From: Sterolibacterium sp.
Lineage (GTDB): Bacteria > Pseudomonadota > Gammaproteobacteria > Burkholderiales > Rhodocyclaceae
DNA length: 64,000 bases
NCBI GenBank assembly: GCA_018061005.1
Contig: JAGOVA010000005.1
Coordinates: forward strand, 13,292 to 77,291
Reading direction: 5' to 3'
The position numbers and the translations under genes were made by a program. This document shows positions 27,817 through 38,362 of the stretch, in pieces. How positions within the stretch are numbered: the first letter of the stretch is position 1; the number at the start of each line of letters is the position of its first letter. The notes beneath the pieces are model-generated. The model did not search any database, was not told the DNA's origin, and worked only from the letters and a program-made list of their open reading frames with translations.

Positions 27817-28470
27817 TCAGAAGCTGAAACCGCCTGAGCGGGTAGCACAAACCAGCGCAGGCACCTGAGTCTCGAACAGTGTTTCAACCTGAAAAGCAGC
27901 CACACCGGTTCGGGTGATCCGTTGCGCTTCGATCAACGGCAATGCGCCCACAAAGGCCAGCATACGCCCACCCACCTTGAGCTGATCGAGCAACTGGGGC
28001 GGTACGACGGGCAGCGCGCCAGAAATCATGATGACATCGTAAGGTGCCTGCGCGGGCCAGCCCAGCGAACCGTCGCCGGTCGACACAATGACATTCCCTA
28101 CGCCCTGACGGCTCAAGGTGGCCGCTGCCTTGTCGGCCAGTTCAGGAATGATCTCGACCGTCAGCACCTGGGCTGCGTGTGCAGCCAGCAGGGCGGCCAT
28201 GTAACCCGAGCCCGTGCCAATCTCCAGCACCCGGTCCGACTTACGCAGATTCAGTGCCTGCAAGGCGCGTGCTTCCAGCTTGGGCGGCAGCATGCTGACC
28301 CCCTGCCCCAGCGGGATTTCGGTATCCGCAAAGGCCACCTGACGATACGCCTGCGGCACGAACTCTTCGCGCCGGACGATGTGCAGCAGGTCAAGGACGT
28401 TCTGGTCGAGAACTTCCCACGTCCGCAACTGCTGTTCGATCATGTTGAAACGGGCTTGTTCGAGATTCAT
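27817..28470 (-). CDS. protein-L-isoaspartate O-methyltransferase-like SAM methyltransferase
   Basis: 217 aa with SAM-binding VLEIGTGSGYMAALLA. Confidence 0.8.
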   Translation of the reverse strand: MNLEQARFNMIEQQLRTWEVLDQNVLDLLHIVRREEFVPQAYRQVAFADTEIPLGQGVSMLPPKLEARALQALNLRKSDRVLEIGTGSGYMAALLAAHAAQVLTVEIIPELADKAAATLSRQGVGNVIVSTGDGSLGWPAQAPYDVIMISGALPVVPPQLLDQLKVGGRMLAFVGALPLIEAQRITRTGVAAFQVETLFETQVPALVCATRSGGFSF

Positions 28471-28619
28471 TCAGGTTCTCCGTGAAGCGAGAATGTATTA
28501 TAAGGAAAAGCTAATATTCTGGGTGCGGGCACAATGGCGGGATTGTAAAGGAAGAAACCGGCTGCCGACGGAATTCCTGCATTCCTCGTGCCCGGAGCGG
28601 GTAACCTGCAGCCGGACAT

Positions 28620-31600
28620 TCATGCCGTCTCCCGCACCCGATACCAGGCTGCGTACAGCGCAGGTAAAAACAGCAAGGTCAGCAACGTGGCGACCAGCAG
28701 CCCACCCATGATGGCCACGGCCATCGGTGCAAAATAAGTGCTGTGCGTCAATGGGATCATGGCCAGAATGGCCGCCAGTGCCGTCAGCACGATGGGACGG
28801 AAGCGGCGGATGGTCGAGTCCATGATGGCATTCCAGGCACTCTTGCCCGCCAGTTCATCCTGCTCGATCTGATCGACGAGAATGATCGAGTTCCGCATGA
28901 TCATGCCGGACAGCGCGATGGTGCCGAGCATGGCAATGAAACCGAAGGGCTGGTCGAGCACCAGCATGAAAATCGCTGTACCGATCAAACCCAGTGGCGC
29001 GGTCAGCAACACCAGTGCCGTGCGGCTGAAACTGCGGAGCTGCAACATCAGCACCGTCACCACCACCAGGCCAAACAGCGGAAAACCCGCCGCCACCGAT
29101 TGCCCGCCATGATCGCTCTCCTCGATCGCACCGCCCGTTTCAAGATGGTAGCCGAAAGGCAGTTTCTGGCGGATGGGCTCCAGCGTCGGGAGGATCTGCT
29201 TGCTGACAAAAGGTGCCTGCATGTCGCCGTACAGATTGGCGCGCACGTCGATCGATGGCTGACGGTTGCGCCGCCAGATCACGCCCTCCTCGAAGTCATA
29301 ACGGATTTTGGCGATCTGGCCGAGCGGCACACTCTTGCCCACGCGGGTCGGAATCATCATGTCGGCCAGCGCAGCCACATCTGCGCGCTCTTCCGGCGCA
29401 CTCCGCAGCAGCACTTCGATCTGTTTATCGCCTTCACGATATTGGGTGACACGAAAACCGTTCAGCGAATTGTGCAGCAGGTCAATCGCGGCCAGACCCA
29501 GCAAGCGCGCCTTGTCCATATCGATTTCCAGGCGCACGACTTTCGACGGTGCCTCCCAGTTGAGCTGGACGTTGCTCAGATGCCTGTTCTCACGCATCCT
29601 GGCTTCGACTTCATGGGCAATGCGCCGCACCTCGCGGATATCCGGCCCGGAAACCCGGAACAGCACCGGGAAACCAACGGGCGGGCCATTCGACAACCGA
29701 TTCACCGCAGAGCGTACCTGCGGAAAATCGGTGGCAAACAGATGTATCAGCTTCTCGCGCAGGGCTTCGCGATCCTCCACAGTTTTGGTGTTGATGATGA
29801 ACTGGCCGAAGTTGTTCTGCGGCAATTCCTGATCCTGGGTCAGCGAAAACCGCGCACTTCCCGTGCCCACATGACTGACCTGGAAGTCAATGCCCTGCTG
29901 CCGCATCAGCCAGCCTTCCAGCTTGCGGACTTCCTTGTCGGTCGCGGTAATCGACGCACCTTCCGGCAACCACATATCCACGATCAGCACCGGGCGCGTT
30001 GAGGAGGGAAAGAACTGCTGCTGCACCTGGGTAAACGCCAGCAATGACAGCACCAGTGCCGCCAGCGTCGCCCCGATGGTCAGCCAGCGATGACGCACGC
30101 ACCAGACCAGCATGACCCGGAAGCGCTGGTAAAACGGCTTCTGGTAAATTGCGGCTTCCGCCTTAGCCTCAGTTTCGGCTTCAGCCGCTCCAGCCAGATG
30201 CGCCAGCGGTTCCGGCAGCATTTTGTAGCCCAGATACGGCACGAAAATCACGGCAGAAACCCATGACACCAGCAGCGCAATCACCGTCACCTCAAACAGC
30301 GGCCGCGCATATTCACCCGAACTGGAGGCTGCTGTGGCGATCGGCAAAAAACCGGCCGCCGTCACCAGCGTGCCGCTGAGCATGGGCAGGGCAGTAGTAT
30401 CGTAAGCAAAGGCAGCCGCCTTGAAGCGATCCATGCCCTGTTCCATCTTCACGGCCATCATTTCCACGGCAATGATGGCATCATCGACCAGCAGCCCCAG
30501 CGCAAGAATCAATGCGCCAAACGTCATCTTGTGCAAGCCGATATCAAACAGCCGCATGAACAGGAAGGTTGCCGCCAGCACAAAGGGGATGGTCAGCGCC
30601 ACTACCAGCCCGGTGCGCCAGCCCAGGCTGAAAAAACTCACCAGCAGGACGATCACCACCGCCTCGATCAACGTTCGCATGAACAGGCTCACCGAATCAC
30701 CCACCACCTGCGGCATGTTCGAGGTTTGATGCAATTCCAGCCCCAGCGGCAGTTGCTTGCGGATGCGCGCCACTTCGCGGTCGAGATGGTGCCCCAGCTC
30801 GATGATGTCGCCTTCCTTCACCATGGAAACGCCGATGGTGACGGCCTCTTTGCCTTGCAGACGACTCATCGGCGCAGGTGGCTGCTGATAGCCGCGATAG
30901 ACGTTGGCTATATCACCCAATCGTAACGAACGGCCATTCGCGGCGCGCAGCGTGGTGTTCCGCAGACTTTCGAGCGAGGCGTATTCCTGACTGGCGCGCA
31001 GGTAAATCTTGTCTGTCGCCGTCTCGAAGGCGCTGGTCGGCAGCTTCATGTTCTGCTGCTGGATGGTTGAAATGATGCCGTTCAGCTCCAGCCCCAGCGT
31101 AGCCAGGCGGGCGTTGGACAGATCAATGAATATCTTTTCTTCCTGCACGCCGAACAGATCGACGCGATCGACATCACTCACCCGGCGCAGGGCATCACGC
31201 ACGATATCGGCGTAATCGTGCAGCTGCGCGTGACTGTAACCCTCGCCGGTCAGCGCGTAGATATTGCCGTACACTGCACCAAAGTCATCATTGAAAAATG
31301 GCCCGACCACCCCCTCCGGCAAGGTGTGGCGCATATCGCCGATTTTCTTGCGAACCTGATACCAGACCGGTGCGACATCCTTGGGCAGGGTCGAATCCTT
31401 GATCATCACAAAAATCAACGATTCGCCGGGTTTTGAATAGCTCCGCAGGTAGTCCAGATGCGGCGTTTCCTCCAGCGTTTTTTCAAGCCGGTCGGTCACC
31501 TGTTTTTCCATCTCCTGCGCCGAAGCCCCCGGCCAGACGGCACTGACCACCATCACCTTGATGGTGAAGGGCGTATCTTCAGACTGCGCCAGCCGTGAGT

Positions 31601-31694
31601 AGGAATGAATGCCGATGATGGCCAGCGCAATCATCAAAAACAAGACAAACGGCTGATGGGTCAGCGCCCACTCAGAAAGGTTCAAACGCTTCAC
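28620..31694 (-). CDS. RND efflux transporter permease (AcrB/AcrD/AcrF family)
   Basis: 1024 aa, 12-TM RND architecture. Confidence 0.95.
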   Translation of the reverse strand: MKRLNLSEWALTHQPFVLFLMIALAIIGIHSYSRLAQSEDTPFTIKVMVVSAVWPGASAQEMEKQVTDRLEKTLEETPHLDYLRSYSKPGESLIFVMIKDSTLPKDVAPVWYQVRKKIGDMRHTLPEGVVGPFFNDDFGAVYGNIYALTGEGYSHAQLHDYADIVRDALRRVSDVDRVDLFGVQEEKIFIDLSNARLATLGLELNGIISTIQQQNMKLPTSAFETATDKIYLRASQEYASLESLRNTTLRAANGRSLRLGDIANVYRGYQQPPAPMSRLQGKEAVTIGVSMVKEGDIIELGHHLDREVARIRKQLPLGLELHQTSNMPQVVGDSVSLFMRTLIEAVVIVLLVSFFSLGWRTGLVVALTIPFVLAATFLFMRLFDIGLHKMTFGALILALGLLVDDAIIAVEMMAVKMEQGMDRFKAAAFAYDTTALPMLSGTLVTAAGFLPIATAASSSGEYARPLFEVTVIALLVSWVSAVIFVPYLGYKMLPEPLAHLAGAAEAETEAKAEAAIYQKPFYQRFRVMLVWCVRHRWLTIGATLAALVLSLLAFTQVQQQFFPSSTRPVLIVDMWLPEGASITATDKEVRKLEGWLMRQQGIDFQVSHVGTGSARFSLTQDQELPQNNFGQFIINTKTVEDREALREKLIHLFATDFPQVRSAVNRLSNGPPVGFPVLFRVSGPDIREVRRIAHEVEARMRENRHLSNVQLNWEAPSKVVRLEIDMDKARLLGLAAIDLLHNSLNGFRVTQYREGDKQIEVLLRSAPEERADVAALADMMIPTRVGKSVPLGQIAKIRYDFEEGVIWRRNRQPSIDVRANLYGDMQAPFVSKQILPTLEPIRQKLPFGYHLETGGAIEESDHGGQSVAAGFPLFGLVVVTVLMLQLRSFSRTALVLLTAPLGLIGTAIFMLVLDQPFGFIAMLGTIALSGMIMRNSIILVDQIEQDELAGKSAWNAIMDSTIRRFRPIVLTALAAILAMIPLTHSTYFAPMAVAIMGGLLVATLLTLLFLPALYAAWYRVRETA

Positions 31695-32827
31695 GGCTGA
31701 CCCGCCTGCTTCAATTTCTGTGTGATTTCCTGAGGCTGCACCAACATGCCCGGCAAGAGCTTTTGCACCCCCAACGCCACCACCCGCTCCCCCGGCTGCA
31801 AGCCTTCGGCAATCAGCGCGCTGTCATTGGTAAACCGCAGCACGCGCACTGCCCGTGGCTGAACCTGCGCGCCCTGCCCATCACCTGCAGCCCCCAGCAC
31901 CCAGACCCGGCTCTGCCCATCCGTCTGTGTGACTGCTGTCAGCGGCAGCTTCACCACTGCGCCAGCCGCCTCACCCAGCCATGCGTTCGCTGTCATGCCC
32001 AGACGCACATCTTCATCCGCATCGGTCATGCGGATGCGCAGGGCAAACGTGCGCGTCAGCGGGTCGGCAGTCGGGGCAATTTCGCGCACCTGTCCGGAAT
32101 ATGTCTTGCCAGCCGCCGCCCAGAGCCGGATGCTGGCTCGCGCACCCAGCTTCAACCCCGCCAAGCGGTTTTCCGGCACGGCTATGACCACCTCTTTTTC
32201 AGCAGGATCCGCCAGACGCAGGATCGGCTGCCCCGCCCCCACCACCTGCCCCGGCTCGGCCATGGCCAGACTCACCAGCCCGGCACGATCCGCATGCAAA
32301 CTGGCGTAAGCCGCCTGATTGCCTGCGGCGGCCGCCTGCGCGCGCGCCTGCTCAACCCGCGCCTTGGCGGTCAAAAACAGGGCACGCTTGCCCTCATGGA
32401 TGGCCGGACTGATGTATTTCTTTTCCAGCAGGCTATCGAAACGTTCCAGCTCGGATTTCGAATAGTGGTAATCCGTCTCCGCCGCCAGCAGTTGCGATTG
32501 CGCGGCATCCGCATTCAACGTGACATCCGCCGGATCCAGCTGTGCCAGCAGCTCACCCGCACGCACCGCGCTGCCCACCCCTACCCGACGCGCCACCAGC
32601 TTGCCCGGAATACGGAAGGCCAGATCCACCTCATGACGCGCCCGCACCTCACCGGTGTACACATTCTCGCGCTCATCGACACTTTGCTGCACCGTCACCA
32701 CCAGCACCGGCGGTGGGGCAACTGCCTCCACAGGCGGGTCACCACAGCCGGTCAGCGTCACCAGACACACGGCAGCACTCGCCGTGATCAGACGCCGAAA
32801 ATAAACCCTCTCTAACATCACAGACAT
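31691..32827 (-). CDS. RND efflux periplasmic adaptor (membrane fusion) lipoprotein
   Basis: Lipobox LVTLTGCG and adaptor-family layout. Overlaps the RND gene by 4 nt. Confidence 0.9.
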   Translation of the reverse strand: MSVMLERVYFRRLITASAAVCLVTLTGCGDPPVEAVAPPPVLVVTVQQSVDERENVYTGEVRARHEVDLAFRIPGKLVARRVGVGSAVRAGELLAQLDPADVTLNADAAQSQLLAAETDYHYSKSELERFDSLLEKKYISPAIHEGKRALFLTAKARVEQARAQAAAAGNQAAYASLHADRAGLVSLAMAEPGQVVGAGQPILRLADPAEKEVVIAVPENRLAGLKLGARASIRLWAAAGKTYSGQVREIAPTADPLTRTFALRIRMTDADEDVRLGMTANAWLGEAAGAVVKLPLTAVTQTDGQSRVWVLGAAGDGQGAQVQPRAVRVLRFTNDSALIAEGLQPGERVVALGVQKLLPGMLVQPQEITQKLKQAGQP

Positions 32828-32983
32828 GTTTCCTTCTGCTTACCCGCCAGATTAATCAACCAAACGATTATTTTATACTGTGAACCACTGAACACCCGGA
32901 TATTTACTGATGCACATCAAGCGGCCTCTGCGGGCTTTCGGGCATAATTTACAGTTCAGGATTCATGCTCATCCCGCTCCATC

Positions 32984-33631
32984 ATGCTTGCCGTTTCCAA
33001 TCTCGCCTGCGCGCGCGGTGATCGCCGCCTTTTCTCCGGCCTTGCGTTCGCGCTCGAAGCTGGCGGGTATCTGCATGTGGGCGGTGAAAATGGCGTCGGC
33101 AAGACCAGTCTGCTGCGTATCCTGTGCGGCCTGGCCACGGCGGAAGAAGGTGAAATCCGCTGGAACGGCAGCCCCACCGACAAACTAGGCGACGAATACC
33201 GTCAGGCCGTGCTCTACCTGGGGCATCACAACGCCCTCAAGGACGACCTCACCGCACTGGAAAACCTGCGGATTTCCGCCTTGCTGGGCGGCGTACGCCT
33301 GACGGAAGACGCCGCCTGCGCCCTGCTGCGACGCGCCGGTTTGCGCGGGCGCGAGGATTTACCGGTGCGGGTGCTCTCACAGGGACAAAAACGGCGCACG
33401 GCACTGGCCCACCTGCTGTGCAGCCCGGCCGCCCTGTGGATCCTCGACGAGCCTTTCGTCGCGCTGGATGTCGCCGCAGTCGACTGGCTGGCCGGGATAC
33501 TCGGCGCCCATGTGGCGCAAGGCGGCCTGCTCATCCTGACTAGCCATCAGGAAGTCCGCATTCCCGGCGGCACGGCACAAACCCTGACCTTGACCCGCAC
33601 AGGAAGCGGCGCAGGCGCGGGCACGGCATGA
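32984..33631 (+). CDS. ccmA: heme exporter ATP-binding protein CcmA
   Basis: GENGVGKTS Walker A, LSQGQKRR signature, first gene of the ccm operon. Confidence 0.9.
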   Translation: MLAVSNLACARGDRRLFSGLAFALEAGGYLHVGGENGVGKTSLLRILCGLATAEEGEIRWNGSPTDKLGDEYRQAVLYLGHHNALKDDLTALENLRISALLGGVRLTEDAACALLRRAGLRGREDLPVRVLSQGQKRRTALAHLLCSPAALWILDEPFVALDVAAVDWLAGILGAHVAQGGLLILTSHQEVRIPGGTAQTLTLTRTGSGAGAGTA

Positions 33632-34326
33632 ACACCCCGAGCCCTCCGCCGCCCGCTGGCATCACCCTCCTGCTCTCCATCGTCCAGCGCGACCTGCTGC
33701 TGGCTTTGCGGCGCAAGAGCGAAGTGCTGACCTCCTTGTTCTTCTTCGTCATTGTGGTCAGCCTGTTTCCCCTGGGCATCGGCCCGGAAATGGCCTTACT
33801 GCGCGTCATCGCCCCCGGTGTGTTGTGGGTAGCCGCGCTGCTGGCCGCGATGCTGTCGCTGTCGCGCCTGTTTGCCGCTGACTACGCCGACGGCACGCTG
33901 GAACAGATGCTGCTGTCAGCCGCCCCGCTCGGGCTGCTGGTCAGCGGCAAGATCCTCGCGCACTGGCTGGTCGCCGGACTGCCGCTGGTGCTGATCGCCC
34001 CGCTGCTCGGGCTGCAATACGACCTTTCCGCCGAAGGACTGGGCACTCTGGTGGTCTCGTTGCTGCTGGGAACGCCCCTGCTCAGTCTGATCGGTGCCAT
34101 CGGCGCGGCATTAACCCTGGGCGTGCGTGGCGGCGGCGTTTTGCTGTCCCTGCTCACCCTGCCGTTGTATATTCCCGTGCTGATTTTTGGTGCTGGTGCG
34201 GTCGAAGCGCAGGTATCTGGCCTGGGTGCAGGCGGGCATCTTTCGCTGCTGGCTGCCCTGCTGGTACTGGCGGGTTTCTTCGCCCCCTGGGCAACCACCG
34301 CCGCGCTCCGCATCGCCCTGGAATGA
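33628..34326 (+). CDS. ccmB: heme exporter membrane protein CcmB
   Basis: 232 aa polytopic protein. Position and sequence are typical of CcmB. Confidence 0.9.
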   Translation: MNTPSPPPPAGITLLLSIVQRDLLLALRRKSEVLTSLFFFVIVVSLFPLGIGPEMALLRVIAPGVLWVAALLAAMLSLSRLFAADYADGTLEQMLLSAAPLGLLVSGKILAHWLVAGLPLVLIAPLLGLQYDLSAEGLGTLVVSLLLGTPLLSLIGAIGAALTLGVRGGGVLLSLLTLPLYIPVLIFGAGAVEAQVSGLGAGGHLSLLAALLVLAGFFAPWATTAALRIALE

Positions 34327-34345
34327 ACTCAAAACGAGACACCCC

Positions 34346-35086
34346 ATGAGCAATTCACTCATCCAATGGTTCAAATACGCCTCGCCGCAGAGCTTCTATC
34401 CGCTAGCCGGGCGCATGATTCCCTGGTTTGTCGCACTGGCGACGCTCTTCGGCATCGCCGGATTATGGGTCGGCTTCTTCGTTGCCCCCACCGACGCCAC
34501 CCAGGGCGAGGCCTACCGCATCATCTTCATCCATGTACCCACCTCCTGGCTGTCGATGTTCATGTATCTCATCATGGCCGCCTGGGCCGGGCTGGGGCTG
34601 GCACTCAACACGCGCCTGTCCTCGATGATGGCCAGCGCCCTCGCCCCCACCGGCGCACTGATGGCCTTTCTCTCACTATGGACGGGTGCGCTATGGGGCA
34701 AGCCGATGTGGGGCACCTGGTGGGTGTGGGATGCGCGTCTGACCTCCGAACTGATCCTGCTGTTCCTCTATCTGGGTTTCATCGCCCTGCAGTCGGCCAT
34801 AGACGACCCGCGCCGTGCCGACAAGGCCGGGGCGATCCTCGCGCTGGTGGGTGTCGTCAATGTGCCCATCATCTATTTCTCAGTGAAATGGTGGAACACC
34901 CTGCACCAGGGCGCATCCATCTCGATGACCCAGGCCCCCAGCATGGCAAAGACCATGCTGCTGGGTATGCTGCTGATGGCCATTGCCTGCTGGATGTACT
35001 CGATTGCTGTGGCACTGATGCGGGTGCGCGGCATCATTCTCGAACGCGAACGAACCACCGAATGGGTGAAACATGCAGTGGACTAA
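34346..35086 (+). CDS. ccmC: heme exporter protein CcmC
   Basis: From ATG 34346 (MSNSLIQWFKYASP...). Trp-rich WGKPMWGTWWVWDARL motif. The ORF-track start at 34187 overlaps ccmB. Confidence 0.9.
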   Translation: MSNSLIQWFKYASPQSFYPLAGRMIPWFVALATLFGIAGLWVGFFVAPTDATQGEAYRIIFIHVPTSWLSMFMYLIMAAWAGLGLALNTRLSSMMASALAPTGALMAFLSLWTGALWGKPMWGTWWVWDARLTSELILLFLYLGFIALQSAIDDPRRADKAGAILALVGVVNVPIIYFSVKWWNTLHQGASISMTQAPSMAKTMLLGMLLMAIACWMYSIAVALMRVRGIILERERTTEWVKHAVD

Positions 35087-35252
35087 CCTCGACGACTTCT
35101 TCCGCATGGGCGGCTATGCTTTCTACGTCTGGGGCAGCTTCGGCGTAACTGCACTGGTGATGCTCGTGGAACCTTTGCTGCTGAAGAAACGTCAAAGCCT
35201 GGCATTACGCGCCATCCGCCGCGAAAAATCGGCCGCACACGACCTTTCCTGA
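35073..35252 (+). CDS. ccmD: heme exporter protein CcmD
   Basis: 59 aa, not in the ORF track. My translation is [59 protein letters not shown], a single TM protein at the expected position. Confidence 0.75.
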   Translation: MQWTNLDDFFRMGGYAFYVWGSFGVTALVMLVEPLLLKKRQSLALRAIRREKSAAHDLS

Positions 35253-35311
35253 TTTCCCCCTGCGCATCCCCTGCGCTTCCCTGCTCCTTTCTTCTCGTCG
35301 CTCAGCGCACC

Positions 35312-35761
35312 ATGAAACCTCGTCAGAAACGCATCGCCCTGATCCTCGGTGGCCTCGTCACACTGGGCATCGCCGCCTACTTCGTCCTGAATGCGCTCAA
35401 CAGCAACATCGCCCTGTTTTACACGCCTACCCAGGTCGCGGCCGGTGAAGCCCCAAAAGACCGGGTATTCCGCATCGGCGGGCTGGTCAAGGAAGGCTCG
35501 CTGCAGCGGCACGACATGACCGTCCGCTTCATTGTCACCGATACCGACAAGGAAATTCCGGTCGCTTACACCGGCATCCTGCCCGACCTGTTCAAGGAAG
35601 GAAAAGGCGTGGTCGCACAAGGCAAACTCGGTACAGATGGCGCGTTTGAATTCACCGCCACCGAAGTCCTCGCCAAGCATGACGAAAATTACATGCCCCC
35701 TGAAGCAGCCCATGCGGTCAAGGAAGCCTCGAAAAGCCAACCCGCACCGGCAGCCCCATAA
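35312..35761 (+). CDS. ccmE: cytochrome c maturation heme chaperone CcmE
   Basis: 149 aa with the heme-binding region [12 protein letters not shown]. Confidence 0.95.
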   Translation: MKPRQKRIALILGGLVTLGIAAYFVLNALNSNIALFYTPTQVAAGEAPKDRVFRIGGLVKEGSLQRHDMTVRFIVTDTDKEIPVAYTGILPDLFKEGKGVVAQGKLGTDGAFEFTATEVLAKHDENYMPPEAAHAVKEASKSQPAPAAP

Positions 35762-35816
35762 TCGCCAGGCCGCCGCTTTCGCCCAGACACGCCCGTAGCA
35801 AGAAACAAGGACCCCC

Positions 35817-37781
35817 ATGATTCCCGAACTCGGGCACTACGCCCTGATGCTGGCCTTACTGGTCGCCACGCTGCAAGGCGTACTCCCGCTGATTGGCGTG
35901 CACCGTCAACACACCGCCTGGATCGCCTTTGCCCGCCCGGCAGCGCAGGCACAGTGGCTGCTGCTGATGGTCTCCTTTGGCTGTCTGACCTGGGCCTTCG
36001 TCGCCAATGACTTCTCGGTGGCCTATGTCGCCCAGCATTCCAACAGCAAACTACCGACGATCTACCGCATGGCGGCCGTATGGGGCGGCCATGAAGGCTC
36101 TCTGCTACTGTGGGTATTGCTGCTCGCCACCTGGACGCTGGCCGTGACGCTGCTCTCGAACGCCCTGCCTGAAGCCATGGTGGCACGGGTGGTCGGCGTA
36201 CTGGGGCTGGTGTCCTGTGGCTTGCTGCTATTCATCCTGCTGACATCCACCCCCTTCGACCGGCTGATGGACATCCCCGAAGACGGCAATGATCTCAACC
36301 CCTTGCTGCAAGACCCGGGGCTGGTCTTTCACCCGCCCCTGCTCTACATGGGCTATGTCGGCTTTTCAGTGGCGTTTGCCTTTGCCGTCGCCGCCCTGCT
36401 CTCTGGTCAGCTCGATGCTGCCTGGGCACGCTGGTCACGGCCGTGGACGGTGACCGCCTGGGTCTTTCTCACCCTGGGAATTGCACTGGGAAGCTGGTGG
36501 GCTTATTACGAACTGGGCTGGGGCGGCTGGTGGTTCTGGGATCCGGTTGAAAATGCCTCCTTCATGCCCTGGCTGGTCGGCACGGCACTGATCCACTCAC
36601 TCGCCGTCACCGAAAAACGCGGTGCGTTCAAAAACTGGACGGTGCTGCTCGCCATCAGCGCGTTCTCGCTCTCCTTGCTGGGCACCTTCCTTGTCCGTTC
36701 GGGTGTACTGACTTCGGTACACGCCTTTGCCACCGACCCGCGCCGGGGCATTTTCATCCTGATCTTCCTGGCCGCCGTCATCGGCAGCTCGCTGCTGCTG
36801 TTCGCCTGGCGCGCGCCCAAGGTGGGCCTGGGCGGGCGTTTCGCGCTGATGTCCAAAGAAACCCTGCTGCTCATCAACAACGTGCTGCTGGTGGTTGCTG
36901 CCGGTTCCGTCCTGCTCGGCACGCTCTACCCGCTCCTCATCGACGCACTGGGGCTGGGCAAACTCTCGGTCGGGCCACCCTATTTCGAAACCGTGTTCGT
37001 CCCGCTGATGATGCCCTTGCTGTTCCTCATCGGTGTCGGGCCCGGCGCGCGCTGGAAAGAAGCCCGCGCCGCCGATCTCTTGCAGCGGCTGAAATTCGCT
37101 GCCCTGTTCGCCCTGGCGAGCGGGCTGGCATTGCCCTACCTGTTTGGCACATGGAAACCCCTGGTCGCCCTGGCCTTGTTGCTGGCGGTCTGGATCGTGG
37201 CGGCGGCCGCCATTGAAATTCGCCTGCGCCTGAAAAGTGGCCGCCCGCCGCTCGCTTTCTGGGGGATGCACGTGGCGCATATCGGCATCGCCGTATTCGT
37301 CATCGGCGTCACACTCGTCAAAGGCTATGAAACTGAAAAAGATGTCCGCATGGCACCCGGCGACAGCGTAGCGATTGGCACTTACAGCGTGCGGCTACTG
37401 GGCGTGCGTGAAGCCATGGGGCCGAACTACCGTGCCGCCGTGGGCGATGTCGAACTATCGCAAGAAGGCCGGGTGCTCGCGCTATTGCATCCTGAAAAAC
37501 GCAGCTATCTGTCCTCGTCCATGCCCATGACGGAAGCCGCCATCGACAACGGCGTGCTGCGCGACATCTATGTTTCACTCGGCGAACCGCTGGCCGCCCG
37601 CGAAGCTAGCCCCGCCGGTGCCTGGAGCGTGCGCGTGCATCACAAACCCTTTGTTACCTGGATCTGGAGCGGCTGTCTGCTGATGGCCCTGGGCGGCGCA
37701 CTGGCCATCAGTGACCGGCGGTATCGTCTGCGCGCCCAGACACGCCGCGCTGCCACCACGCCCCCAGGAACTGCGGCATGA
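35817..37781 (+). CDS. ccmF: cytochrome c heme lyase subunit CcmF
   Basis: 654 aa with the W-rich motif WGGWWFWDPVENASFMPW. Confidence 0.95.
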   Translation: MIPELGHYALMLALLVATLQGVLPLIGVHRQHTAWIAFARPAAQAQWLLLMVSFGCLTWAFVANDFSVAYVAQHSNSKLPTIYRMAAVWGGHEGSLLLWVLLLATWTLAVTLLSNALPEAMVARVVGVLGLVSCGLLLFILLTSTPFDRLMDIPEDGNDLNPLLQDPGLVFHPPLLYMGYVGFSVAFAFAVAALLSGQLDAAWARWSRPWTVTAWVFLTLGIALGSWWAYYELGWGGWWFWDPVENASFMPWLVGTALIHSLAVTEKRGAFKNWTVLLAISAFSLSLLGTFLVRSGVLTSVHAFATDPRRGIFILIFLAAVIGSSLLLFAWRAPKVGLGGRFALMSKETLLLINNVLLVVAAGSVLLGTLYPLLIDALGLGKLSVGPPYFETVFVPLMMPLLFLIGVGPGARWKEARAADLLQRLKFAALFALASGLALPYLFGTWKPLVALALLLAVWIVAAAAIEIRLRLKSGRPPLAFWGMHVAHIGIAVFVIGVTLVKGYETEKDVRMAPGDSVAIGTYSVRLLGVREAMGPNYRAAVGDVELSQEGRVLALLHPEKRSYLSSSMPMTEAAIDNGVLRDIYVSLGEPLAAREASPAGAWSVRVHHKPFVTWIWSGCLLMALGGALAISDRRYRLRAQTRRAATTPPGTAA

Positions 37782-38362
37782 AACGCTTCCTGATCCCCAT
37801 CGCCTTGTTTGTCGTGCTGCTGGGCTTCCTGGCGGTCGGCTTGCGTCTCGACCCGCGTGAAGTGCCTTCGCCGCTGGTGGGCAAGCCCGCCCCGGCATTC
37901 CAGCTGATGCAACTCGATGCGCCTGACAAAACCTTTTCGCCCGCCAACATGAAAGGCAAGGTCTGGCTGCTCAATGTCTGGGCCACCTGGTGTGTCTCCT
38001 GCCGCGCCGAACACGCGCTGCTGGTGAGCTTTGCCAAACAAAGCGGCCTGCCCATCGTGGGGTTGAACTACAAGGAAGTGCGCGGCGATGGCGAAACCGA
38101 CCTGAGCCAGCTCACGCCCGAAGCCGAGCAGGTACTGGTGCGGCAACGCGCCACCACCTGGCTGCGTGAGCGCGGCAACCCCTATGTGCTGACCGCACTC
38201 GACATCGATGGCCGCGCCGGCATCAACTATGGTGTGTATGGCGTACCGGAAACCTATGTCATCGACAAGGCCGGCATCATCCGTTACAAGCAGATCGGCC
38301 CGATCACGCCGGAGGCGATCGAGAAAAAGATCATGCCGCTTATCAAGGAGCTGTCTCAATGA
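37778..38362 (+). CDS. ccmG: thiol:disulfide oxidoreductase CcmG/DsbE
   Basis: WATWCVSCRAEH thioredoxin motif. Confidence 0.9.
   Translation: MKRFLIPIALFVVLLGFLAVGLRLDPREVPSPLVGKPAPAFQLMQLDAPDKTFSPANMKGKVWLLNVWATWCVSCRAEHALLVSFAKQSGLPIVGLNYKEVRGDGETDLSQLTPEAEQVLVRQRATTWLRERGNPYVLTALDIDGRAGINYGVYGVPETYVIDKAGIIRYKQIGPITPEAIEKKIMPLIKELSQ

Noticed and set aside
28743-30002. 419-aa plus-strand ORF
   Set aside because: It is antisense to the RND permease, very His/Arg/Gln-rich, with no domain signature.
31763-32815. 350-aa plus-strand ORF
   Set aside because: It is antisense to the RND membrane-fusion protein gene.
32840-32870. taatc-N8-gatta inverted repeat in the RND/ccmA divergent region, considered as a TetR-type operator
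   Set aside because: The arms are only 5 bp, the context is A/T-rich, and no cognate regulator gene is adjacent.
35192-35818. 208-aa minus-strand ORF across ccmD-ccmE
   Set aside because: It is antisense to the ccm operon, where ccmE is unambiguous.
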